NCBI GenBank assembly: GCA_950097015.1 | Contig: CATNEN010000029.1 | Location: forward strand, 6,696,001-6,760,000 | Direction: 5' to 3' | Source of the DNA: Macrostomum hystrix | Taxonomy: Eukaryota > Animalia > Platyhelminthes | Length of the DNA: 64,000 bases | The notes under the pieces: model-generated | Databases searched by the model: none | Told to the model about the DNA's origin: nothing | Seen by the model: the letters and a program-made list of their open reading frames with translations, nothing else | In this document: one piece after another, positions 12,330 to 25,126 of the stretch | Numbering within the stretch: the stretch's first letter is position 1 | Layout of the letters: each line of letters opens with the position of its first letter | Translations under genes and position numbers: made by a program

Positions 12330-13746
12330 TATTCTACAATTCATCCGCAGGTAGATATTCTACAATTCATCCGCATGTAGATATTCTAAAATTCATCAGC
12401 AGGTAGATAGTCTACTATCTCTATAGATTCATCTGCAGGTAGATATTCTACAATCTCTATAGATTCATCAGTAGCAAGATAGTCTACTATCTCTGTAGAT
12501 TCATCAGCAGCAAGATAGTCTACTATCTCTGTAGATTCATCAGCAGGTAGATTAGTCTACAATCTCTGTAGATTCATCAGCAGGTAGATTAGTCTACAAT
12601 CTCAATAGATTCATCAGCAGGTAGATTAGTCTACAATCTCTGTAGATTCATCAGCAGGTAGATAGTCTACAATCTCTACAGATTCATCTGCAGGTAGATA
12701 GTCTACAATCTCAATAGATTCATCAGCAGGTAGATTAGTCTACAATCTCTGTAGATTCATCAGCAGGTAGATATTCTACAATCTCAATAGATTCATCAGC
12801 AGGTAGATTAGTCTACAATCTCTGTAGATTCATCAGCAGGTAGATTAGTCAACAATCTCAATAGATTCATCAGCAGGTAGATTAGTCTACAATCTCTGTA
12901 GATTCATCAGCAGGTAGATTAGTCAACAATCTCAATAGATTCATCAGCAGGTAGATTAGTCTACAATCTCTGTAGATTCATCAGCAGGTAGATTAGTCTA
13001 CAATCTCTATAGATTCATCAGCAGCTAGATTAGTCTACAATCTCTATAGATTCATCAGCAGCTAGATTAGTCTACAATCTCAAATAGATTCATCTGCAGC
13101 TAGATAGTCTACTATCTCTGTAGATTCATCAGCAGGTAGATATTCTACAATCTCAAATAGATTCATCTGCAGCTAGATAGTCTACTATCTCTGTAGATTC
13201 ATCAGCAGCTAGATTAGTCTACAATCTCAAATAGATTCATCTGCAGCTAGATAGTCTACTATCTCTGTAGATTCATCAGCAGGTAGATTAGTCTACAATC
13301 TCTGTAGATTCATCAGCAGGTAGATTAGTCTACAATCTCTGTAGATTCATCAGCAGGTAGATTAGTCTACAATCTCAATAGATTCATCAGCAGGTAGATT
13401 AGTCTACAATCTCTGTAGATTCATCAGCAGGTAGATAGTCTACAATCTCTACAGATTCATCTGCAGGTAGATAGTCTACAATCTCAATAGATTCATCAGC
13501 AGGTAGATTAGTCTACTATCTCTGTAGATTCATCAGCAGGTAGATAGTCTACAATCTCTACAGATTCATCTGCAGGTAGATAGTCTACAATCTCAATAGA
13601 TTCATCAGCAGGTAGATTAGTCTACTATCTCTGTAGATTCATCAGCAGGTAGATTAGTCTACAATCTCAATAGATTCATCAGCAGGTAGATAGTCTACAA
13701 TCTCTGTAGATTCATCAGCAGGTAGATTAGTCTACAATCTCTACAG
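12330..13746. repeat. 37-bp minisatellite with internal inverted repeats (AGATTCATCAGCAGGTAGATTAGTCTACAATCTCTGT)
   Basis: About 38 tandem units with no unique spacers. Confidence 0.95.
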
Positions 13747-14744
13747 ACTGCTATTCTATTTTTCTTGGCGAGTTTACTTCAAAGATAAATTCGTCTTTGC
13801 AATAGACTTCTCAATAATTTTACTATTGCATACATCCGCTTGCATATCTATATGTCAGTTTTTTGTACGCATGCAAAAGAAAAAATGAATTTCTTAGCTT
13901 TTTGCCAAACCAATATGACACTGTTATAAATATGGAATTTGATTACTCTTAAAATTCATTTTTTAAGCAATCATCATTGGGATTTAGTTATCTTTCTTTC
14001 AAATTTTGTTTAATCTAAACTACATTTCTTCGCCGGCCCAGTCCAAGGACAGTTAGTTCACAATGCGTATTCGATAGCGGAAAGCATACCCGAAATGATT
14101 AATTCCGCCGTGTCAAAGTTGATTGCAGCGAGCTATGGGGGCAGCGCTTCCGCATGCACGGGTGGGACGCAGCTATCACATACAATCTCCGAGGCATCCA
14201 GGACAAATATCCCATTTTGAGTGGCCAGCACTAGCAGCTGTTGCGCTTAATTTTCCCAAATCCCCCCGCAACCCACTCTTAAAGCAGAAAACTCTACTCG
14301 ACAATTCACTGCATAGAGTGGCTGACACTTTCTTTATTAACCGAAGAGGGGCTTTAGGAAAGAAGCAGACAAGAGAGAGAGGGGGACATTGGTTGCACCG
14401 TTGTGACACTTACAGGAGATTCTTTTTGAACCAACTTCTGCCTTCTGCCTGCCGACAGTACATACTAAAGAAATAATAGCAATCAGCAGCAGTTAGGCGC
14501 TCTGTAAGCTGATGGGAATGATGCACCTGTGTGGACTTATTACGCAATTAATTCATTCAGCTTGTTAGGAATATTCACACCCATATATAGTCTGCTCACT
14601 GATGTCAGTGAGCAGATGACAAACGCAATGACTGAGTTGCTGGCGGAGTGACAGAGTCGCTCAATGAGTGCCTGAGTTGCTGACGGAGTAGCTGAATCGA
14701 TGCTGACAGAGAGACTGAGGGAGGGGAAGAGGGAGGGCGTGCAC

Positions 14745-16560
14745 AAGGCTGAGGGATTGACTGAATCAAGGCTGAGGGATTGACTGAATCATGGCTGAGG
14801 GATTGACTGAATCATGGCTGAGTGAGTGACTGAATCAAGTGACTGAATCATGGCTGAGTGAGTGACTGAATCATGGCTGAGTGAGTGACTGAATCAAGTG
14901 ACTGAATCAAGGCTGAGTGAGTGACTGAATCAAGTGACTGAATCAAGGCTGAGTGAGTGACTGAATCAAGTGACTGAATCATGGCTGAGTGAGTGACTGA
15001 ATCATGGCTGAGTGAGTGACTGAATCAAGTGACTGAATCAAGGCTGAGTGAGTGACTGAATCAAGTGACTGAATCAAGGCTGAGTGAGTGACTGAATCAA
15101 GTGACTGAATCAAGGCTGAGTGAGTGACTGAATCAAGTGACTGAATCAAGGCTGAGTGAGTGACTGAATCAAGTGACTGAATCAAGGCTGAGTGAGTGAC
15201 TGAATCAAGTGACTGAATCATGGCTGAGGGAGTGACTGAATCAAGTGACTGAATCAAGGCTGAGTGAGTGACTGAATCAAGTGACTGAATCAAGGCTGAG
15301 TGAGTGACTGAATCAAGTGACTGAATCAAGGCTGAGTGAGTGACTGAATCAAGTGACTGAATCAAGGCTGAGTGAGTGACTGAATCAAGTGACTGAATCA
15401 TGGCTGAGGGAGTGACTGAATCATGGCTGAGTGAGTGACTGAATCAAGTGACTGAATCAAGGCTGAGTGAGTGACTGAATCAAGTGACTGAATCATGGCT
15501 GAGTGAGTGACTGAATCATGGCTGAGGGAGTGACTGAATCATGGCTGAGTGAGTGACTGAATCAAGTGACTGAATCAAGGCTGAGTGAGTGACTGAATCA
15601 AGTGACTGAATCAAGGCTGAGTGAGTGACTGAATCATGGCTGAGTGAGTGACTGAATCATGGCTGAGTGAGTGACTGAATCATGGCTGAGTGAGTGACTG
15701 AATCAAGTGACTGAATCAAGGCTGAGTGAGTGACTGAATCAAGTGACTGAATCAAGGCTGAGTGAGTGACTGAATCATGGCTGAGTGAGTGACTGAATCA
15801 AGGCTGAGTGAGTGACTGAATCATGGCTGAGTGAGTGACTGAATCAAGGCTGAGTGAGTGACTGAATCATGGCTGAGTGAGTGACTGAATCAAGGCTGAG
15901 TGAGTGACTGAATCAAGGCTGAGTGAGTGACTGAATCAAGTGACTGAATCAAGGCTGAGTGAGTGACTGAATCAAGTGACTGAATCATGGCTGAGGGAGT
16001 GACTGAATCATGGCTGAGTGAGTGACTGAATCAAGTGACTGAATCAAGGCTGAGTGAGTGACTGAATCAAGTGACTGAATCATGGCTGAGGGAGTGACTG
16101 AATCAAGGCTGAGTGAGTGACTGAATCAAGTGACTGAATCAAGGCTGAGTGAGTGACTGAATCAAGTGACTGAATCATGGCTGAGTGAGTGACTGAATCA
16201 TGGCTGAGTGAGTGACTGAATCATGGCTGAGTGAGTGACTGAATCATGGCTGAGTGAGTGACTGAATCAAGTGACTGAATCAAGGCTGAGTGAGTGACTG
16301 AATCAAGTGACTGAATCAAGGCTGAGTGAGTGACTGAATCAAGTGACTGAATCAAGGCTGAGTGAGTGACTGAATCATGGCTGAGTGAGTGACTGAATCA
16401 AGTGACTGAATCAAGGCTGAGTGAGTGACTGAATCAAGTGACTGAATCAAGGCTGAGTGAGTGACTGAATCAAGTGACTGAATCATGGCTGAGGGAGTGA
16501 CTGAATCAAGGCTGAGTGAGTGACTGAATCAAGTGACTGAATCAAGTGACTAAATCAACT
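14745..16560. repeat. Composite 23+13-bp minisatellite (GACTGAATCAAGGCTGAGTGAGT / GACTGAATCAAGT)
   Basis: Higher-order alternation of two related monomers; ends about 75 nt before the homeobox exon acceptor. Confidence 0.95.
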
Positions 16561-16634
16561 GAGTACAAGTCTGATGAAGCAAGTATCGAATGTTGACCAT
16601 TTGAATCGCATTTGTCTCCAAATGAAAACTTCAG

Positions 16635-16911
16635 ACCTGGCCCTCGGCTCGGCCTCCAAGCGCATCCGCACGGCATACACCAATGCGCAGCTGGTTGAGC
16701 TGGAGAAGGAGTTCCACTTCAATCGCTACCTGTGCAGGCCCAGACGGATCGAGCTGGCCAATTCGTTGAGCCTCAGCGAGCGCCAGATCAAGATCTGGTT
16801 CCAGAATAGGCGCATGAAGTACAAGAAGGACCAGAAGATGGTACGGGAGCAGGACCTGCGGCTGAGGCATCTCAGACAGGCTGGCGGGCCGCCTGAGCAC
16901 ATAATCAAAGA
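16635..16911 (+). CDS. Hox3: Hox3-class gene, homeobox exon
   Basis: [61 protein letters not shown] is closest to paralogy group 3 homeodomains. Acceptor TTCAG|AC is phase 1; donor GA|GTGAGT is phase 2. Confidence 0.93.
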
Positions 16912-17043
16912 GTGAGTCCTATACTAGCCATGCAACTGGCTCAGCAAGTTCTAGAAAATCTTTCACCACCTTACTTATTTATAGTAGTATGAGTTGTATT
17001 TGGCCACTATTTACCGAAGCTGCAATCCAACTTCTTGATGCAG

Positions 17044-17102
17044 AGAGAAGTACATGCACATGGCCGGTCCATGTCAAATGATCCCCATGGCCTACTCTGG
17101 CT

Positions 17103-17149
<47 letters not shown>

Positions 17150-17392
17150 CAACCGATTCTGACCGACTGTGGCAGTCCAGAGGCGGGCTCAGTTGACTAC
17201 CACCCACTGATGTGCCCAACCCAGCAGCATGACCTGGTCTCTCAGCAGCAGCAGCAGCAAACTAGACAGCAGTTTTTTCCGTTGCACCTACAGGAGTCAA
17301 GGGATGGCAAGCTGCCTGCAAGCTACTTGCAGCAGCAGGAGCAGCAGCAGCAGCAGCAGCAGCCACACCAGTTTCGGCTTCCCTTTGTGTGA
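17044..17392 (+). CDS. Hox3: Hox3-class gene, terminal poly-Gln exon
   Basis: Acceptor CTTCTTGATGCAG| is phase 2 and matches the previous donor, giving HIIKEEKYMHMAGP...; CAG tracts; TGA at 17390-17392. Confidence 0.75.
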
Positions 17393-18185
17393 CCATTATT
17401 TCTCCTCTTTGATGAATGCTTTCCAATGATCGCGTAATGAGAGCACACCCTTAGCCGTATATCGACTGATTCAAATCCGAAATTGATTCACAAAACCCTA
17501 GATCATATAGTACGTGTAATACTTTTGACTCATGTTACTTTTTATTAGTAGGAGCAACTTGTGTTTGTCGGTTCGTCAATTTACATGTAAAAAGTCTTTT
17601 GCACATATACATATATATTATAATCTTACCAGTCAAAAATGTTAACAAACTAATAAGTGATTTTCGTTTTACTTATCATGCATTTTATCATTAAGCATAG
17701 CATGGTTTTATTTGAATGCTACAAAAGGACCTTTAATTACTCATGCTACTCAGTACTCACTGACCACTGACTATGGTATAAGAACATAAAACAAGCCCAG
17801 AATTATGACACTCTATGACACTCTATGATATCGTTTTGGTAGAAGTAGATATAGTACTGTAGTACTTATACAAGTACACGTGATTGATTAAATCAATCCC
17901 AGCCATCTATTTTAATTAGCTCGTAAATTCAAGATAAAATATATAAGTTTGAGCTAATCTTAAACATTGTGCTTGACATATCCGCCGTTCCTGCGAATAA
18001 AATACGCGCTACATTGACATCTATTGATTGCTAGCTGTGTTGATTTTTTAACTTTTTCAGTAGCTTTTTAGAATAAAAAAATATACTATTGCATATAGCT
18101 TTGTATGAACTAAATGTAGTTCTGCATGTAGGTAAGAACTCTATTGCATGTCACTGCATCTATTCATATTAATCGGAAATAGCTG

Positions 18186-18760
18186 ACGGCTGCGTACTGC
18201 TATTCAGTCCATGGACTTGGGGGACGCCAGATCGAATTGCTTGACATTGACTCTTGCATGCGCTTCGGAGTTGTGTGGCAAGAGGCTTATGGTAGAAGGT
18301 CTTCATATACTAGCTCTGATAGTCAGCAGCTAGTGCTCTGCAGCTTCACTGACTCGTACACAGTCTCTGACTGTTTCCGGAAACTTAATAACCTCTCCTT
18401 GCCGGTGGAAACGGATCGCAGGCTGACCTCGATCCCCGGTCACATGGGTTTCCGTAGTAATGAGCTAACAAATAGTCTCGCAAGGAAAGCTCCATGATTC
18501 CTGGGATCACGGAACCCTCGCCGATGTCCCAATCCCCACCACCGTCATTGATACGCAGATTGACAGGGCCAATTCTCCATGCGCAGAGATCGGTAGGTAT
18601 AGGCCATCTTGATCGTGGTAGTCCCGTGCCTTTCCAAAAGACTCGACAATAACTTCCTAAATAAAAAAGTTAAAGCTAAAACCGCTCTCTATAACCTTCG
18701 CTGGTCACGGCTGCTTTTCCAAACACTGCAGCATTCGAAGTGAAATATGGACCCTATTTT
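18186..18760 (+). mobile_element. Decayed non-LTR retrotransposon RNase H region, next to a short - strand SINE fragment
   Basis: SSDSQ...IPGHMGFRSNELTNSLARKA resembles the RNase H motifs SDS...WIPGHxGxxGNExADxLAK; stops and frameshifts follow. 18186-18230 matches the SINE body at 29511-29560. Confidence 0.55.
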
Positions 18761-19754
18761 TTAACGTAAAAATGAATATGCCCAGCACCTCGTTTTCTTT
18801 TACCGGATCTCAACAGAGGGCCGGTACATGTTTCCTTTAAGTGGCGGATGATCGAGGCGCTTAGTTGGTTTATGATTAGAATCGAAATTCGGCAGGCTTA
18901 GATTGCATTCAGTATAACATTTACTTAAAAAAGACTGATATTTGTATACGACACTGAAAAATTCGGGTGTCAAGTTTTCCTAGAAACTTAAACTTCAGAT
19001 GGGACCATATTTTGTCATGTGACCGAACTAATGCTCTATCGACCGAGTGGCACATGATTTTTATAATCAACTTGTAGTTTCTAATTACTTTTATGTATTT
19101 AAAAAACTAACTAGGCGGCCTAGGCATAGGCCTATCATACGAATAATTGGTTTGGGTTAAAGGGAATAACAATCTAAGAACTTACAGTTCAGTTCAGCTC
19201 TGCACTTGCTGGGCTGAGCGTGACTGAAAAGACTTGCACTGACAAAAATATAGGGCCTTGTGGTAGGTCAGCCTAGTTCAAACACCTGTTGAAGGAATGT
19301 TGCATTAGACTGCCTCGGCCTCAACAAAACAGTTAATTGAAATTTTCTACCTTTGTTTTTCCTTTCATTGAATCTCTAGCGATCTAGGTCTACCTATTTA
19401 GCTACTTGTTGTGTTGGTTAGCTCGCTAACCTGATTTAAAAGCAGCTAGCTAACATTTTTTGCTTAATTAAAATAAAATAATTTTTCTTTTTAGCCATAG
19501 GCTTGAATGTATTCTAAAACTGTAACTGATAATTTGAAAAGAACATAGGCCTACCTAATTTTAAATAGTCTATACATGTGCTTCATTTTACACATAGGGC
19601 CTATATATGCAAATGATATAAAGAATTACATATAATGAAGAATAGGCCCTAATCATTGGTCCATAATAATCATAATAGCTAAGCCTAGCTATGCTATATT
19701 ATGGAAGACAGGATAGTTTGGTAATAGACAAGTCACCAATTTGGTAATGGATGA

Positions 19755-20290
19755 TTCAGTAGGGCTTCCACGCATTTCGGTGCCTGTGCTTTTCGGTGCC
19801 GAGCATTTTGGTGCCCGGTCTTGCTTTTTGGTCCCCATCCAATTTTGCATTGTCAGTCAGTAAAGCGCTTTAATACTGATGATAAAACAATACTTAAATA
19901 CAAAACCATTCAAGAAGCGATTACTATCAACATACGTTTTTATTGTTGAAACTTTACTGGTATACTGATTGTGCATTAGTTCAGTACATTCTCTCTCTAT
20001 CTGATCTCTCTCTCTCCACCTCAATGTACATGTACATTGACACTGTTGTCACTGTTGTCATTTGTTGATTTGTCGACTTTGCGTTGTGTACATTCAAAAG
20101 GCAATGGAGCAAATTAAATTTTTAGCAGTGTTTCTCGGAAACGTAAGCTTTCAAACGGTAGAAAAAACAAAGGATAATAAGTGCGCAAGGACAGGCATAT
20201 TAGCCACAATTTGTATTTGCAGATTGAAAAGCAAGACCGGGCACTGAAACGCTCAGCACCGAAATGCGCGGCAACCTTCAGTAGGCCCCT
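19755..20290. mobile_element. MITE-like element with subterminal inverted repeats
   Basis: GCATTTCGGTGC (~19772) / GCACCGAAATGC (~20257) and GTGCCCGGTCTTGCTT (~19811) / AAGCAAGACCGGGCAC (~20230). The direct repeat TTCAGTAGG on both flanks is a possible TSD. Confidence 0.5.
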
Positions 20291-21712
20291 AATGGACAAT
20301 TTTGTAACATATAGTTTGGTAACAAGGTATGGTCAATTTGGCAGTGTTGGGGACAATACTAAAGAAGTATTGATTGAAAGCAATACTTCAATACCCTTTA
20401 TAAAAAAAGTATCCCGATATCTCAAAGTCGGATATGCCCTAGGCCTATTGGAATAAATGTTGAAAAACTGTAGGGCCTAGTAAAGTATGCTTTAGGCTAG
20501 CGCCACCCCATGGTTTAGAAGATGTGCTGTTTGGGCCATAATTCTAAAAATTGGACTTCTATTCTAAAAATATATTATGTATTTTCAATTGTGTTCAACT
20601 GTTTGTGCCTGTCTTTATGGCTAGTCCATACCTCTTTCTGCTGGCTGCTCTTACCATATGCTTATAGGGCCTATCCATTAAGGAGTAGCTAGAAAAAGAA
20701 ACAAACATTGCTTAGTAGTTGGGCCAGAAGTAGACTAGGCTAATAAAAGCTAGCCAGTGGCATTGTGTGGTGTTAATATGTTTTCATTTTTCCAAAAGAT
20801 CTGTTATGTACTTTGTAAAGCTACAAATTTTGTCACTAGATTTATCAAAATATAGGCAGTACATGTATTATGTCTATGAGTTTTTATATTTCCTATAATT
20901 GTAAATGACTAAAATCAAAACAGTAATGTTATTTTTATATCTTAAAGCTATCTATCATTTACTTAGTTTAGATTAAGAAACTATGGAACTGAACTTAACA
21001 TAAAGAAGAATATACTATAATCAATAGGCTTACGAGAATTCTGTGAATATAAGCAAAATGCCAATGGGCACTCTTGTTTCCAATAAGGCACCCAAGATTT
21101 GCACCTATAGTGCCAAATGGCATCCCAGATCTGACTAAAAAACCTAGGATTCAAGCTTAGGGACCTTGGTTTAAAAGTCGAAAGCTGTAACTTCACTGCT
21201 ATTCACTTAAAATTTATAAGATCATTAGGGCAAAAACATTATGTACTAATAAATGTATTTGAAAATAATTCATGAAAATCAATCAAAATCAAAACACCAG
21301 AATAAAATCTAGAAAAAAATAGTTGGAGACAAAAAGGCACTAGCCTATTAAGAAGTAAAATAGTTTATTGCACTCATCAGCATATATAATAATGTAATGT
21401 AGTACATATAAATCATTCATTTGGCCCTAGGAAGTTGTTTTTTTGCTTCTTTATCATCTGTAATATACACAATGTCTAACTATATCTGAGCTAAATGCAT
21501 CTGTCTAATAAATTACATTTAAATTAAAAAAAATAAAATGTAATAAAAATTTCATTTCACTATCTATTCACTAGTTTAAATAATGCTTCAATTCTTAAAT
21601 AGAATTTAAGAAGATATTACTTTAAGTGCATCTAAGAAAAACCATATTTAGACCTTTCATTGCATGACTTTCGCAGTATATGAGCCACCATGCATAACTA
21701 TTGCCCCCGCAG

Positions 21713-24700
21713 CCGCGGCTGGTTCGCCCTGTACACAGCCCGGCTAGGCTCGCCTTGTCTAGTCCAGGTGCCAGTCGGCTAATCATTCTCAGTGGCGCCG
21801 GCTTTGCACTATTGTACATTCTGTGGCCCGCGTTGGCCGCTTTTCTGCGCCTCCGTCGACGCCGGCGAGGACGCCAGACACCGCCTGGACTAGGTTAATT
21901 ATGGCAACTCTTGCTATGCAAACTGTCTGCTGCAGGTGATGGTTGCTGAGCATTTGAAATCTGAATATTGTTAACGAAATTGCATCTGGCATCTGTTGTA
22001 CATCTGACTTTGACTTGCTCATCGTCAAATGCGCCATCGTCAAACATTTGTATCCTGATTCTGGATTCTGATTTCTGAAAATAAGACAGTGGATCGATAG
22101 GACGGGAGGGATGAGATAAGACAGTGGATCGATAAGACAGGAGAGATAAGATAAGACAGTGGATCGATAAGACGGGAGAGACAAGATGCGACAGTGGATC
22201 GATAAGACGGGAGAGATAAGATGGGGCAGTGGGTCGATAAGACGGGAGAGATAAGATGAGACAGTGGATCGATAAGACAGTAGAGATGAGATAAGATAGT
22301 AGATCGATAAGACGGGAGAGATGAGATAAGATAGTAGATCGATAAGACGGGAGAGATGAGATAAAATAGTAGATCGATAAGACGGGAGATATGGGATGGT
22401 CAGAGATCGATTAGGCGGGATGAAAGGTTGGTGTCTGATGATCCTGAATTTGTGGTCTGGAGCTTGCCGATGTAATCATACGACTGGCTGACTATTAATC
22501 ATGTTGTTCCCATACTTCAATGGTTTAAGCACACCTAAATTAACGCATTGCCTTCCCTGGCCACAGAGCTTAGTTTCCAATATAGTGTTAATGCCCACAA
22601 TGTCCAGGCATTGGCCAGCTGCGACTTCCTTCTGCGCCGATTTAGCCAGTCGCGTCGCCTGGGCGGGCGAAATTGGCTACGCCGATAATCAGACTGCGCC
22701 GGCTTTGACGCTATCTGGCCGGCTGGCCCAGCTCTTAGCGGGTCTGCGTGGCGAAGCCGACAACGGAAAAGTTGGCAGGTCCAGCGCCGACCCGGATTTC
22801 GAAGAGCAGGACGTCGACGCGTTGGGATTGTTGAACGCCCTGCGAGATCGTCAATGGGACGAAACGGCTAGTCAGCAGGACGCGCACGAGCTTTTGTCAA
22901 CGCTGCTGCAGGCTGTCAACCAGGAGCTGCTGGACGCTGAGAGACGGCGGTGTCAGCCCACGCTGGCGGAGGCTGCGACCGCGTCGATGGAACTGTATAA
23001 TGACGCTGGAAATGATGACAATAATAGTTCTAGGTGAGTTGGGATTTTAAAGCTTTAAAACTAAAATCCACGGTCATTTTACCGTGAATGCATTTTTTAG
23101 TTCACGGTAATTCTTTAATTTTCAATCCCATTTTCAAATCGTATCTATTTAAAATCCCAGTAATTTTATCTTCAATCCCATTTATGAAATAGTTTCGCTG
23201 CCTTTCAGCGGTCAGCTGCAGGTGCCGCAGCAGTCTCCCAGCCTGGTGTCGCTGCGCTCTCCGCCGGAGCAGCGCTCCTGGGTCCGTTGCGGCCTGACCC
23301 AGACCAGATTAAAATGCTTGGCCTGCGGCACTCGCTCGCCTTCCCGATTAGAGATTCAGCACTTCATCAGCCTCTGCCTGCCGACTGGCGGCGACGTCCT
23401 GCTAGCCGGTTCTGGCTGCCCTGTGCCGTTAGAGCAGCTTCTACTGCGCGCGTTTCGTGTTGAACTCATTCGACAGGCGCGCTGCGAGCACTGCTGCAAG
23501 CCGCAGGGCGATCGGACAGTCACACTGAGTCGAACTACAAGATTGGCCAGGTTTGTTGATTTTTTAAGATTCTGATGTAGTTCAAAGGCCAAGTGGGTCA
23601 GTAGACCAAGATTCCGCAGCAGTTCAAAGGCCAAGTGGGTCAGTAGACCAAGATTCCACTGCAGTTCAAAGGCCAAGTGGGTCAGTAGACCAAGATTCCA
23701 CTGCAGTTCAAATGCCAAGTGGGTCAGTAGACCAAGATTCCACTGCAGTTCAAATGCCAAGTGGGTCAGTAGACCAAGATTCCGCTGCAGTTCAAAGGCC
23801 AAGTGGGTCAGTAGACCAAGATTCCGCTGCAGTTCAAAGGCCAAGTGGGTCAGTAGACCAAGATTCCGCAGCAGTTCAAAGGCCAAGTGGGTCAGTAGAC
23901 CAAGATTCCACTGCAGTTCAAAGGCCAAGTGGGTCAGTAGACCAAGATTCCGCAGCAGTTCAAAGGCCAAGTGGGTCAGTAGACCAAGATTCCACTGCAG
24001 TTCAAAGGCCAAGTGGGTCAGTAGACCAAGATTCCACTGCAGTTCAAATGCCAAGTGGGTCAGTAGACCAAGATTCCACTGCAGTTCAAATGCCAAGTGG
24101 GTCAGTAGACCAAGATTCCGCTGCAGTTCAAAGGCCAAGTGGGTCAGTAGACCAAGATTCCGCTGCAGTTCAAAGGCCAAGTGGGTCAGTAGACCAAGAT
24201 TCCGCAGCAGTTCAAAGGCCAAGTGGGTCAGTAGACCAAGATTCCACTGCAGTTCAAAGGCCAAGTGGGTCAGTAGACCAAGATTCCGCAGCAGTTCAAA
24301 GGCCAAGTGGGTCAGTAGACCAAGATTCCACTGCAGTTCAAAGGCCAAGTGGGTCAGTAGACCAAGATTCCGCAGCAGTTCAAAGGCCAAGTGGGTCAGT
24401 AGACCAAGATTCCGCAGCAGTTCAAAGGCCAAGTGGGTCAGTAGACCAAGATTCCGCAGCAGTTCAAAGGCCAAGTGGGTCAGTAGACCAAGATTCCGCA
24501 GCAGTTCAAAGGCCAAGTGGGTCAGTAGACCAAGATTCCACTGCAGTTCAAAGGCCAAGTGGGTCAGTAGACCAAGATTCCGCAGCAGTTCAAAGGCCAA
24601 GTGGGTAAGTAGACCAAGATTCCACTGCAGTTCAAATGCCAAGTGGGTCACTAGTATGAGTGGAGCATACATACTGCTTTCCATTTTGTCACCTTCGCTC

Positions 24701-25126
24701 CACCCAAGAGCCCCGTCTACGCTTGTGCTGCACCTTCAACGCGCCGGCTGGAGCTCCGTACACGGCTGCCCAGTGAAGTCATTCGCCAGCGTCGCCTACC
24801 CGCTGCTGCTGGATCTTCGCAGCCTCATGCCTCCGGCTACACCGCTTGCTTCGCCAATGGAATCCATGGAAGCTGGCGATTTAACCTTCATCAACTTGAC
24901 CGATGCCGACCGGCAGGTCAGTAGGTCTGGCAAGCTCTATCGTCTGGTGTCGGTCATTGTGCACTATGGCGATGAGGCTAGCGCTGGTCATTACCTGACC
25001 TACAGGTGGGACGGTAGAACTCGCCGATGGTGGTGCATCTCGGACGATTCCGTGCGCCAGGTTAATGAAGCAGCCGTGCTGGCACTGCAGGATGTCTATA
25101 TGCTGTTCTATGAGCTCATTGTTTGA
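21713..25126 (+). CDS. USP30: USP30-like mitochondrial outer-membrane deubiquitinase; two +1 frameshifts in this sequence
   Basis: Exons 21713-21935, 22608-23033, 23209-23550, 24709-25126, all joins phase-compatible. Total 1409 nt; removing 2 nt gives 469 codons. N-terminal TM (ALLYILW) plus basic cluster, Cys box PGL[V]NYGNSCYANCLLQ, QQDAHELL, His box VHYGDEASAGHYLTY, SDDSV, YMLFYE. Confidence 0.85.
22080..22400. repeat. ~30-35-bp degenerate minisatellite (GATAAGACAGTGGATCGATAAGACGGGAGA) in USP30 intron 1
   Basis: About 10 imperfect tandem units. Confidence 0.85.
23577..24650. repeat. 42-bp minisatellite filling USP30 intron 3
   Basis: About 25 units of AGTTCAAAGGCCAAGTGGGTCAGTAGACCAAGATTCCGCAGC. 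Confidence 0.95.

Noticed and set aside
12330-13746. CRISPR-like array: 37-bp period with a TCTAC-loop-GTAGAT hairpin reminiscent of the Cas12a repeat handle
   Set aside because: The sequence between hairpins is constant rather than unique spacers, no cas genes are present, and the array sits in a eukaryotic Hox intron; it is a minisatellite
1-21000. Hox-cluster companions (other homeoboxes, miR-10/miR-993 hairpins)
   Set aside because: No second homeobox or ACCCTGTAGA / GAAGCTCG-type mature sequence was spotted by eye; a proper search could still find a divergent one
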